From a virus (lineage: Duplodnaviria; Caudoviricetes), in IMG/VR virus record IMGVR_UViG_3300010163_000012, positions 37,804 through 101,803 of that record: a stretch of DNA of 64,000 nt. The stretch is one strand, 5' to 3'. The notes beneath the pieces are model-generated. The model had not been told where the DNA came from and did not search any database. It saw only the letters and a list, made by a program, of their open reading frames with translations. A program made the translations under genes and the position numbers. Shown here in pieces: positions 30,301-37,832 of the stretch. Each line of letters opens with the position of its first letter. Position 1 is the first letter of the stretch.

Positions 30301-30855
30301 TATGGGTGCTATCTATATGAGCCGAAGGTAAATGAGGGAGAATATCTTGACCCTCAGTATGCTAAAAACAATTGGTATCTCCCCGCTTGCGGCGATGAAT
30401 ATCGTCAATACAGCTTCTTCGCCAAATCGAGAACCGGAGGTATTGGTGAGACTTATCAGGTGGGGCAAGGTACTACTCCGGCTCGAAGCGTCATCGATAA
30501 TATGATTACGGCAGCTCTGAACTCACCTGAACCGAATGAGATAAAGACGCACGTGTCCCCGTCTCACGTTGAATATAGCAATTATACAGGCGTAGAACTG
30601 GCTGCTATCAACCGCTACTTCCATTCTTTAGTGGAAGCTGAGAAGCCCATCTATTCGATGATTCTGTGGCGTGCTCAGGTAGCAAATGGCTCTGCACCCT
30701 TCACCCAGCACAGCGCAGGCTACCACTGGGTATCCACTGAGCACTCGGCCAGCGGCTCGTGGAACGTGTATTTCTACAGTGGTTACAGCGGCACCGGCGG
30801 CAAGTACTTCACTATCGTTGTTCGCCCTGCTGTAGCCTATCAGTTTTTTCTTTAA
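24301..30855 (+). CDS. Large tail fibre/adhesin, DGR target (LamG-like, CotH-like, LRR-like and C-terminal C-type-lectin-fold VR domain)
   Basis: 2184 aa. The C-terminus WYLPA.G...HWVSTE...SWNVYF.SG....KY....VRPA contains the VR. Confidence 0.9.
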   Translation: MAKRIIIKSDIPSIEVPWDDGTKAYDGAAVERFIKSQLSSKIGYIIIPQDKDTDGYYHIWGFTDQAAYNDYMTDPDAEAAKRLLNVAIPLLEEQGGVSNIVTLTRNSAATLVTSKPIASVNVSYLWQQYNPITKETTDQDEDATIVVSCRTQNASGVWGSWDSSKEFTVNIQSGQTKIIDLSSILTSDATYQVRLVATGETSGISASPVTMSIVYSNVEANYEGSIATAYKGNTIQLPFRISGSVQKQLRIKINGYTKNFTLGTTTYTDNTYGASLTQAEFDLLRGAVKAEAWVAFGEGYSAETERQEFQFIYIPEGDTNMSPILAVTDIMDEFQNWTRATIFRYAIFNPAGNTTPLRLTLQDRDTGQVYIQKEQECINGESYAFDENFSMEYDGDEQPNIINAQAIFTNLSGVPYGNNINFIVDNSENFAPTRGANVVLSAETRKINVNGTSYQLNDLLTNPDDTNTGWKYNQETDATGREVSVPVLSIGAGNRLKLPEELFDDNTGHNIGGLEGSITIEFDLKVKNIVGESAVIDASAPFNGVYTGLKFYPTRAVCLSRNNFTEDICDAHFQEEVREHIAINIIRNLRGEGLNLVRIYVNGKANREFIYTDDDYFTPIGAKGAQEIIIGSDEADIDIYGVRIYKNQQLGSTQIQNDYMAGMPTIEDKKLFKHFNSIFNGTEIGYDLCNAMGLNTLCYRIPKDGHFPSRENQSKQKEVALDVRIYTERGNAESLDTKHSGTFIGMTIKGQGTSAKGYYWWNQTSGFEDDEEISAEEYNPNAPTHYTENGKYFRKISYFNSLDGVSQVYASKYELEDGRGGITKLVGKCNYASPMQSHKLGAIWAYDELWQALVNDGLNGRPKLTGHACCYEKPFLCFYQIGTGNPVFCGFQTWGSGKGDKKTFGYDKKKSPDYMCISGADNGSIAALFQMPWVVNKNPQGAWEGNIYPKSVTINTGDIKNGYCYKAGSSDTLSFEVEIGSKYDGGETTNGVQRIEDEAKEGTETTLFTHFADFANFIFACSPLLKPYAGTEAQLIADSANLVRDHQYWLFNSGADRYSIYYYNPATAKFEKIIKVPTAWGADGRAYSYGSLKLTEQLAGVIISIDTVNGKKNVTLEEAMDTLGTSDMNVLNECFSKARVAYFKAHADAYIDKPDIIFHQAFCKLEAATDNRTKNTYYWIDPAVDKLVRLKQDDLDTIKATDNQGRQTKPYYALEHTKDESGSNYWNGENNIFYTLIERAYPDLLRNMMRDIFARMALICGSVEEYYQQRFYWVQEYFPAVAYNETSRVLYEVAQVKLINGLIDVSQDPITQAIGDQLECEKQFMNRRLPMLMSWCEYETGGDGTLTFRSVNNNAGLSPVYDIEYTAYQYIYPKMAIGGKMATIYAKKDNEWVAQDGSEPYLCAPGETVRMVCDTDSNTQFTMRWMHYAKSIGNIGTLPCGDDGSVNITGRRLRKLECWSPDGTPIEFHPRGLAISNCRNLEEINLANASVFAGTFAGDFPRLKVLSLRGSGYTSVTLPKTSTLISVELPASVNEIKVDGQPNLSSLLVEGLENLRTLSIIGKHKVGSHTQSLVQLAYTQSKNINSIEIENVSWTGFAVDVMMWLQGMAASVTGVISLTGNLTFDNKLALAGTYGDIDNTGNPLYISYSRRAINSISIQGLSYITKTGTFQYKLVCSPSTGNDIALKNGKLDIEWSIDDSAKTYGSFTDSLNGLLKVTKLDESGTDMRYIIQCTIAKTSGATLTADYQVGFYRRIPKIGDFAYADGTFDDQYMKDKTVVGIVYKLNEMWQGADEAEPTIFTGYNKPTEVFKSTRKLVGYQILVDCKENVPYKSSDGFINSGSAVFGLYPSSDTNGHGAIQNEIMAATGISSIFDIPGISNITGRGWDGGVNNDYLTTGNYLDENADDGFKDWSTSTGTVADWQGKQKTQAIVRHTNQIINAYLLSDANESVGTYYTDDDGVEHQFAEIPTTVEELANAMEVLHKANNNLTKYQQFLYPAAYGCYLYEPKVNEGEYLDPQYAKNNWYLPACGDEYRQYSFFAKSRTGGIGETYQVGQGTTPARSVIDNMITAALNSPEPNEIKTHVSPSHVEYSNYTGVELAAINRYFHSLVEAEKPIYSMILWRAQVANGSAPFTQHSAGYHWVSTEHSASGSWNVYFYSGYSGTGGKYFTIVVRPAVAYQFFL
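30709..30836 (+). repeat. DGR variable repeat (VR)
   Basis: 128-nt ungapped match to 31541-31668. 22 mismatches, 20 of them opposite TR adenines. Confidence 0.97.
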
Positions 30856-30862
30856 TCTTTCT

Positions 30863-30887
30863 GGCGAGCTGCTTTAAGCAGCTCGCC
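30863..30887. other. DGR target-recognition hairpin/cruciform downstream of VR/IMH
   Basis: Perfect inverted repeat GGCGAGCTGCTT-T-AAGCAGCTCGCC starting 27 nt after the VR end. Confidence 0.8.
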
Positions 30888-30915
30888 TATAACTGTTAAA
30901 TAAAATAAATAACGT

Positions 30916-31431
30916 ATGGATATAGGCGGAAAATCAATGACTTATGAGGAAGTATGCAACTTGTTTGACAGTGAGCATTTTGCTGAACCGGAAGATTCTG
31001 TCATACTTTCTAATGATGAGATAAACCGCGCTCGACGCAATAAAAGAGAAGTCCGTAAGAAGTCTGCTGGATTTCAGAACACGCCGATTTATAGGTCGTT
31101 ACACGCTTCTATGAGGCTTATCATAGAAATTGTACAACTGATGCCGAAGAAGACGGTCAAGGTTTCTGATATTTTGCTTCAAAATTTTACTGACTTAATT
31201 CGCTGGACGGCAGCGGCATATAATCATCAAGACGATTTTCTTAAACAAAATGCGCTCGAAGAAGCTATTTCTTTAATGAGCGTAGTTAAAATTACACTCA
31301 ACTGTATGTCCGGCCTCGTTAGCGCGACGAAGCACAAGCAGCTAATTGCGTCCTTCGACGCGGTGATACGTCAACTTGTAGCATGGCGTGGCTCACTTAT
31401 ACAAAGCCAGGGTTCCGATGACGAAGCCTAA
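30916..31431 (+). CDS. avd: DGR accessory variability determinant (Avd-like four-helix bundle)
   Basis: Lies between VR and TR. Helical protein with PIYR...MPK...RQLVAWR pattern. Confidence 0.8.
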   Translation: MDIGGKSMTYEEVCNLFDSEHFAEPEDSVILSNDEINRARRNKREVRKKSAGFQNTPIYRSLHASMRLIIEIVQLMPKKTVKVSDILLQNFTDLIRWTAAAYNHQDDFLKQNALEEAISLMSVVKITLNCMSGLVSATKHKQLIASFDAVIRQLVAWRGSLIQSQGSDDEA

Positions 31432-32899
31432 TAACTGTAACATCGGAAGAGAGCTTAGAGCTTTGCTCGGATATGGGCGGCTGACTCCGTTTCATGGTTT
31501 GAACTATGTTCGGAGTTACGAAGCTGCACAGCCGCATATAAACAGCACAGGCAACCACTGGTCATCCACTGAGAACTCGGCCAACAACTCGTGGAACGTG
31601 AATTTCAACAGTGGTAACAGCAACAACAACAACAAGTACAACACTAACGTTGTTCGCCCTGCTGTAGCTCATCCGACAAAGGCTTGGCTTCGATTAAGGA
31701 AATCTCTACAGGAAGCGTTTGAAGACTGTCGCCGAGGTAAGGCTTCCAGTCAACAATTCCAAGATTACATTCCTATCGCTAACGAGGATTTGGACTTACT
31801 TACAACGGAACTGATGGAGGAAACCTATAAACCGGGAACCTCTACCTGTTTCCTTGTAAGATTTCCCAAGCTCCGAGAAGTATTTGCAGCAGCCTTCAGA
31901 GACCGTATTATTCATCATTGGATATGTATGCGGTTAGTGCCCCATTTTGAAGAACTCAACGAACATATCGGTAACGTAACCCATAATTGCCGGGTAGGGT
32001 TCGGAACCAAGTCAGCGGTTGATGCAGTTTTTCAATCAATCAAAGAAGTTACTTACGATTATGGCACCGAAGCGCACTTATTTCGTGGAGATTTAGTAGG
32101 CTTCTTTATGTCATTGCCTCAGCGTCGTATGTGCGATAATTTGATAGATTTTGCGCAAACGGAATATCATGGCGATTTCAAGAATTTGTTGATATGGCTA
32201 TTGGATGTAGTTGTCATGCACCGCCCAGAACTAAATTGTATGTTCAATTCAGACCCTAAAGATTGGGCAGGCTTGGCACACAATAAGTCATTATTCAGAA
32301 CTGGAGAGGGCCGTGGCGCACCGATTGGCAACTTAACAACCCAGTTATTTGCTAATTTTTATATGGCAGACTTTGATGCGTTTATGGTTGATTGCATCAA
32401 GAAGCTGAAAGCAAGAGGGATCAGGGCTGCTTATCAACGCTTTGTGGATGACTTTATACTGGTTTGTAATGATAAGGAGGCGTTGAAGTGGTTAATACAC
32501 GCAGCGGAGATTAAAATAAAGTCTATGGATTTAACTATACATAAGGATAAACGATATTTCCAGCCGGCCAGTCATGGGGCGCTATTTGTCGGTACATATA
32601 TCAAGAATGGCAGATTGTATTTGAGCAACAGAACCATTGGTCGTTTTATGGATAAAGCCAATGAAATTGCAGAATTTATGCAACAGCCAGCAAAAGAAAT
32701 CACTTCGGCAGACCTCGATCACATCCTTGCAACCCTCAACTCATATTTAGGCTTTTGTAAATACAGACAGACTTACCGAATCCGGCGCCGGGCTATGAGA
32801 CCTCTTATTTATTCACATGGTTTCAAGCGGTACTTCAAAATCAACAGAAATGTCACTAAAGTTACCTTGCGGAAACAATGGAAGACTATTATTAGATAG
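31418..32899 (+). CDS. DGR reverse transcriptase (ORF includes the TR in frame; start uncertain, ATG 31418 or GTG 31388)
   Basis: L.EAF..CRRGK, PKLREVFAAAFRDRIIHH, GDLVGFFMS, GAPIGNLTTQLFANFY, RFVDDF, FVG motifs. Confidence 0.95.
   Translation: MTKPNNCNIGRELRALLGYGRLTPFHGLNYVRSYEAAQPHINSTGNHWSSTENSANNSWNVNFNSGNSNNNNKYNTNVVRPAVAHPTKAWLRLRKSLQEAFEDCRRGKASSQQFQDYIPIANEDLDLLTTELMEETYKPGTSTCFLVRFPKLREVFAAAFRDRIIHHWICMRLVPHFEELNEHIGNVTHNCRVGFGTKSAVDAVFQSIKEVTYDYGTEAHLFRGDLVGFFMSLPQRRMCDNLIDFAQTEYHGDFKNLLIWLLDVVVMHRPELNCMFNSDPKDWAGLAHNKSLFRTGEGRGAPIGNLTTQLFANFYMADFDAFMVDCIKKLKARGIRAAYQRFVDDFILVCNDKEALKWLIHAAEIKIKSMDLTIHKDKRYFQPASHGALFVGTYIKNGRLYLSNRTIGRFMDKANEIAEFMQQPAKEITSADLDHILATLNSYLGFCKYRQTYRIRRRAMRPLIYSHGFKRYFKINRNVTKVTLRKQWKTIIR
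31541..31668 (+). repeat. DGR template repeat (TR)
   Basis: AAC-rich copy of the VR: 15 AAY codons, 44 adenines in 128 nt. Confidence 0.97.
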
Positions 32900-32915
32900 A
32901 AGGACTATATTATTT

Positions 32916-33584
32916 ATGATACAGATTTGCAAATTCAATACAAAGCCCGCTACTATCAATAACGGCGGTCATAAAAAGGGACGCTGGATTGTGTGGCTCA
33001 ATCTTCAGGTGTCAGAAATTAAACAGCCGGAAGAGAATCAATATGAGCGCTTCCAGAGCATGACAGAACGGTTGATGTTAGCAGACCGCTCTTTGTCAGC
33101 GTTTCTCGATGTTGTGGAACCGGCTTATATTGCAGAGGCTACGACTGAGGAACTGGAGGCAATCTTGCATTTCTTCCAGGTTGAAAATGATATAGAGGCG
33201 TGGAAATCTATCCGCAAAGTGCAAATACAGGGCTATGATAGTAGTGGAAATGTAAACAGATTTTATCTGGATGGCCTCGCCCTTTGGCTTGACAAGGCGA
33301 CCAGAGTCGGGTTGGTAAACTCTATTTCCATTGAGAAAAAAGCCAAGCGCGGTACAACTTGTTTGTGGTTTGGTAGCCATAATGTCAATATGAATGTGGA
33401 TGCGGCCATTGAAGCCTTGTATCAACTTGAACTTTATGCGTTAAATTGCTACAACGTTACAGCACAGCATCTGGTCCAAATAGAGCAATGTGAGTCGGTA
33501 GATGAGTTGCGCTCATTTGACATCCGTGCTGACTATCCAGAAATGCTTTGCTTCAAAATTGAAAAAAATAATAGTTTGGTTTGA
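32916..33584 (+). CDS. Tail fibre assembly-like protein (DUF4376-like)
   Basis: YDSS..VN.F.L.G...WLDK.TRVGL.NS and LELYA..CYNVTA.H motifs, typical of genes following Bacteroidota fibre genes. Start placed at ATG 32916. Confidence 0.65.
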   Translation: MIQICKFNTKPATINNGGHKKGRWIVWLNLQVSEIKQPEENQYERFQSMTERLMLADRSLSAFLDVVEPAYIAEATTEELEAILHFFQVENDIEAWKSIRKVQIQGYDSSGNVNRFYLDGLALWLDKATRVGLVNSISIEKKAKRGTTCLWFGSHNVNMNVDAAIEALYQLELYALNCYNVTAQHLVQIEQCESVDELRSFDIRADYPEMLCFKIEKNNSLV

Positions 33585-33606
33585 CCCCGTCCTGATATGG
33601 TTTTGA

Positions 33607-33621
33607 CTATTCTTGATAAAG
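33607..33621 (+). promoter_or_regulatory. Putative late-promoter motif upstream of second tail block
   Basis: CTATTCTTGATAAAG, 27 nt before the ATG. TTTGACCC at 33580-33587. Confidence 0.55.
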
Positions 33622-33633
33622 ATTTAAAGTATA

Positions 33634-36246
33634 ATGGGCACAATAGCAAAAGGAGAAATAACACTTAGTCCGGTGAACGATGCTTACACAGTATTGCTCA
33701 CCCCTGCTTCGTGTACTATCCGTGCTGACTTCGATGGTTCACACCTTCAGCTTGATAACGCAAAGGGCAAAATTACAGTCAAGCGTGGTGCCAAGGACGT
33801 GCCGTTTCATGTAGTCAGGTCTAAATTATCGACATCTGGTGCTGTCCGTAAAGTCAAGGAGTCCGATACCGTGGTGTCGTTTGAGATACAATCTATTCTG
33901 TCGAATGTGCTTAACGGCACGGTCGAGTTTGCGCTTGTCACCGATGATGGATTCGGATATAAAACAACTGTAGTATTTACTTTCACCATAGTTCGGGAAT
34001 CCACAATGTTGGATTGGATTAAAGATTGGGAGGGCAGCAAGACCAAAGTAGGTGGCACCTATATAATGACTCCTAAGTTGTTTGTAGGAAAAAAAGAAGC
34101 TGTTCTCGATACATCTGGTGCCCAACCTACATGGAAAGAAGGGGCATTGACTGGCGTATATATCGGTCCAGACTTACTCGCTTCTGGTGAAAGCAGCAAT
34201 GGCATTTATGGTTATCTAAAAAATCAAGAAATCTTCCATCTAAACGGAGATGGTGGAATGATTGGAGGCTGGAACATTAATTCTTATGGCATCTACAGCA
34301 GGGAAGGAAGGCTTCAAATCCTCAGTAATGGCGTTATTCGTGCGGTAAACAACGAAGGAGACCCTATATGGAGCGTTGGTGAAAATGGCGAGGCCAGTTT
34401 TGCTATGGAAAATGTGAGATTCTACGCTAATGGTGATGCTGAGTTCAATGGTAAAATCACTTCTAAGGAAGGGGTTATAGGTGGTTGGACGATTGATGAA
34501 GGGCGTATTTATAGTGTGCCTATAGAACTATCCGCTTCCAGAAAATACATTGCTATTGCTAATGTAGGGGAATTATTAACTGATAGTAAGTGGGGTGATG
34601 ACCATTGGGGATGGATGCGTGGTTACGGTGGAGCCGCGTTATACTACTCTGCCAGCAATAACTTCGGTTTTGTGGCATACGGGGTAGGAGGAGATAATTT
34701 AGTATTTTCTGCTGGATCTACCAATCTTATTGCAGGTTGGAGCTTTGATGACGAGGCAATATGGTCTGGCACTAAAAATAATAGTGTTAGTGGTTATTCT
34801 ACCGATGGTATAACTATAGGCTCGAATGGGTTGCGAGGCATTAAATGGTATATTGATACTAATGGCGATGTATCATTTATGGGCGGAAAAGTTACATTTT
34901 CTGCATCGAAAAACGGAGGTGAAATCGTAGGCTGGAAACTGAATGAGCACCGTTTTTCTACAGATAAAGTAGCTTTTGTCTCCGATGATACAACCGCAGG
35001 GTTATATATGTCTGCTCATGTCAGCGCATTGTTCAATGCAAGATCAGCTTCTTTATTAGAGAATTTCATTGATAGCTATGGTGGCATTTATATGAAGGTC
35101 AAGGCAGATAGTGCAGACCTTGCAGCATACGATTTTAATGGCAAACGTATTTTTAAGATAAAAAGTGGTGGTACCAGCTATATTGCAGGTTGGAGCTTTG
35201 ACAACAATACACTTTATACAGGCACAGCAGCAATATCTGGATATACCAATACTGGAGATATTACGATCGGCCCTACTGGATTGCGTGGCTACAAATGGAG
35301 ATTTGAAAATGATGGCTCAGGGGCATTAGCGGGTGGTAAAATTAATTGGGATGCAGAAGGGAATATAAATGTTGACGCTAAGATTAGTGCCAATAACATC
35401 ACTGCTGGAATAATCTCTACAGCGTCTATTGTATGTGAAAACAAATGGGCTTTGATGACAGATGGATCTGGATATTTGGCATCTAATCATTTATTTTGGG
35501 ATAACAATGGTAATTTGACTGTTGAAGGGAAAATTGTAGCTACATCTGGTAGTATTGCAGGTTTCAAAATTTCAGCAGGTTGCATCGGAGTTGAAAGTTC
35601 AAGCAGTTCTGAGCCAGGATCAAATTCGCAAGCAGATTGGGCAGCTCTCACAATTTATAAAGATTTCTTCAAAGTTGGTGGGGCTAAAGGGTATGTGATG
35701 TTTGGTAATGATGTCATTCCAGGTACGGCAGGAGGGGCTTTTACGGCTGTAGGCCGTATTGTAAATAATGCACCTAATACATTTGGATATTACGGATTTG
35801 ATCAAGCTAATTATGGCCTATTAATAAATGTTACAGGCGGTACAAAAAACTATGGTATAGAATCAAATGCAGCGCTGAAAGCTCCGGCTTTTATTAACAC
35901 AAAAGCTAATTTACTAACATTTGAAAATGGAACATATAAAGTTGATTTTTCGCAACATAATATCATACTGATGTATTACAATGATCCGAATTATGGCGGT
36001 ACTGAAGTAACTCTTCCGACAGAATCTTCTGTAGCGAGACAATTTGGAATGAGCAGTCTTCCGGAGGATTTTGCTACAATAGTGACTTTTAGGGTAAGAC
36101 CTGGGTCAAAGAAGATTACACTGAAAGGCATCTATAATCATAACGAAGTACTTACGGATTATGCACTGGTTTCCGGAGATTCCGTGACAGTGCTGATTAG
36201 TAAAATTGATGGTTTTAGATACCAAATATTAAATCATTCAAGTTAA
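33634..36246 (+). CDS. Tail fibre/spike-like protein with I(G/A)GW repeats
   Basis: 870 aa. Repeated IGGWNI/IGGWTI/IAGWSF/IVGWKL and DGSG.LA...W motifs. Confidence 0.65.
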   Translation: MGTIAKGEITLSPVNDAYTVLLTPASCTIRADFDGSHLQLDNAKGKITVKRGAKDVPFHVVRSKLSTSGAVRKVKESDTVVSFEIQSILSNVLNGTVEFALVTDDGFGYKTTVVFTFTIVRESTMLDWIKDWEGSKTKVGGTYIMTPKLFVGKKEAVLDTSGAQPTWKEGALTGVYIGPDLLASGESSNGIYGYLKNQEIFHLNGDGGMIGGWNINSYGIYSREGRLQILSNGVIRAVNNEGDPIWSVGENGEASFAMENVRFYANGDAEFNGKITSKEGVIGGWTIDEGRIYSVPIELSASRKYIAIANVGELLTDSKWGDDHWGWMRGYGGAALYYSASNNFGFVAYGVGGDNLVFSAGSTNLIAGWSFDDEAIWSGTKNNSVSGYSTDGITIGSNGLRGIKWYIDTNGDVSFMGGKVTFSASKNGGEIVGWKLNEHRFSTDKVAFVSDDTTAGLYMSAHVSALFNARSASLLENFIDSYGGIYMKVKADSADLAAYDFNGKRIFKIKSGGTSYIAGWSFDNNTLYTGTAAISGYTNTGDITIGPTGLRGYKWRFENDGSGALAGGKINWDAEGNINVDAKISANNITAGIISTASIVCENKWALMTDGSGYLASNHLFWDNNGNLTVEGKIVATSGSIAGFKISAGCIGVESSSSSEPGSNSQADWAALTIYKDFFKVGGAKGYVMFGNDVIPGTAGGAFTAVGRIVNNAPNTFGYYGFDQANYGLLINVTGGTKNYGIESNAALKAPAFINTKANLLTFENGTYKVDFSQHNIILMYYNDPNYGGTEVTLPTESSVARQFGMSSLPEDFATIVTFRVRPGSKKITLKGIYNHNEVLTDYALVSGDSVTVLISKIDGFRYQILNHSS

Positions 36247-36926
36247 TGCGCAGAGATATAGAAATACATATTATAACTGGTGACGTCGCCCTCACCCCAC
36301 AGAACAAAATCAAATTGAGAGAGTTCCGGTGGGTTGACGAACCGACATTGTTATCTCGCTATATCTATGGTGAAATAGATGTACCATACACACTAAGTGA
36401 GCGCACAATTAAAAAGCAAGGAGTGTGTTTTGTTGTGCCTTACACACCGAAATATAAAGAGTTTATGCTTCGAGTGCGGCGTGTAAATGAAGATGGCTCA
36501 TTTGTTTATGTTAATAATGATGTAGATGGTTCTCAGTGGTTTCTGGTTAAGTCACAGGTTTATGGAACTGCGCTTAGAAATGTTTTTGCTTCAGAATTAC
36601 CGCTTATATCAGAGGGTAGCTTTTTCATCATGCTCAAAGACGGCATTGCACAATTATATGCAAGTAGTCAGTCTGATTTCAATATCATTAAGGCTGGACG
36701 ACAAAATGCAAACTGCCTCCTTGCATGTTTCCCCGGTGGCAATTATCGTTACCCCTTGACTGGAGTGGGTCTGGCAAGATGGATTAACTCTAACAATGTC
36801 GCATCTACCAGCCTGACCAAAGTGCTTCAGGATGAGTTTAGCGCAGACGGCGTAACCATTTGTAATGCTGCTTACAATTATGGGACAAAACAAATGGAGT
36901 TGGATGCTAAAGATTTGGAGGGTTGA
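36246..36926 (+). CDS. Putative baseplate wedge/sheath initiator (gp25-like C-terminus)
   Basis: PG.NYRYPLTGVGL..W and EF.ADG motifs. Upstream of LysM and baseplate J-like genes. Confidence 0.5.
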   Translation: MRRDIEIHIITGDVALTPQNKIKLREFRWVDEPTLLSRYIYGEIDVPYTLSERTIKKQGVCFVVPYTPKYKEFMLRVRRVNEDGSFVYVNNDVDGSQWFLVKSQVYGTALRNVFASELPLISEGSFFIMLKDGIAQLYASSQSDFNIIKAGRQNANCLLACFPGGNYRYPLTGVGLARWINSNNVASTSLTKVLQDEFSADGVTICNAAYNYGTKQMELDAKDLEG

Positions 36927-36929
36927 ACT

Positions 36930-37832
36930 ATGGCTATATATACAGTAAAACCGAATCAAAACCTATTTGATGTTGCTCTACATTTGTATGGTAGCATTGA
37001 GGGCCTATTTGATCTTCTCATTAGCAACCCAAATCTCAATATGACATCTGAACTTGTGTATGGGCAAGAACTCATATATCACGAAGATTTTGTGTTGAAC
37101 GAATCGGTTGTTAGTGAGTTAAAAAAACAAAACATTACGCCGTCATCTGGAGCGCGTAAGGTTTATTTCAAGCGCCCGAACGAAGATCTGATATTTCTTA
37201 TTGGAGTCAATGCTGATATGACTTTTACTACTTTCAAAGCAGCAGGAAAAGGCACCATGATTATTGACTGGGGAGACAACACGGAATTAGAGCGCGTGCA
37301 ATTAACCGTCGCCGTACAATCTGTAGAACATTACTTCGATAATGAGACAGAAAAGAGGCGTGTCCGTATCTATGGAGACACCAAAACGCTTAAATTCACT
37401 CAGCTTGACACAACTGGGCTTGGCGGTGCGCTGATTCTTTGCAAGCCAGTCATTGTCGATGAATATGCTTGTACCAATCGTGGATATTCGTTAGTTGGCT
37501 TGTCAATGTTTGAAGGCACGTACAAAATAGACCTTCATTCAACCACTATTGAAAGCCTGTTGCCAATAGGAGACATGAGCCTTCAAGAGCTTGATTTGAC
37601 GGGCGTTCATTTTCTGTATGATGATACAATCGATAATTATTTGGAATATATCGTAGCGAACTATGCTGATCGTCGGCCTTGTACGGTGTGGCTTACGACA
37701 GAGCCTTCAGCAAGAGGGTATGCAGCTATCAATACGATTCTCAATGAGCCTGAATGGAATATCTCCGATATATGGAAATTTTATATCGACAACAAATTAT
37801 ATCAACCTGACAATGGCACGAACATTAAGTGA
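36930..37832 (+). CDS. LysM-domain baseplate protein
   Basis: N-terminal YTVKPNQNLFDVALHLYGSIEGLFDLLISNPNL...L.YGQEL. Confidence 0.7.
   Translation: MAIYTVKPNQNLFDVALHLYGSIEGLFDLLISNPNLNMTSELVYGQELIYHEDFVLNESVVSELKKQNITPSSGARKVYFKRPNEDLIFLIGVNADMTFTTFKAAGKGTMIIDWGDNTELERVQLTVAVQSVEHYFDNETEKRRVRIYGDTKTLKFTQLDTTGLGGALILCKPVIVDEYACTNRGYSLVGLSMFEGTYKIDLHSTTIESLLPIGDMSLQELDLTGVHFLYDDTIDNYLEYIVANYADRRPCTVWLTTEPSARGYAAINTILNEPEWNISDIWKFYIDNKLYQPDNGTNIK

Larger units (their letters stand above)
30709..32899 (+). mobile_element. Diversity-generating retroelement cassette (VR-hairpin-avd-TR-RT)
   Basis: All canonical components are present and co-oriented. Confidence 0.95.

Noticed and set aside
31615-31640. 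(AAC)n run as a microsatellite or phase-variation tract
   Set aside because: Explained as the Asn codons of the DGR template repeat.
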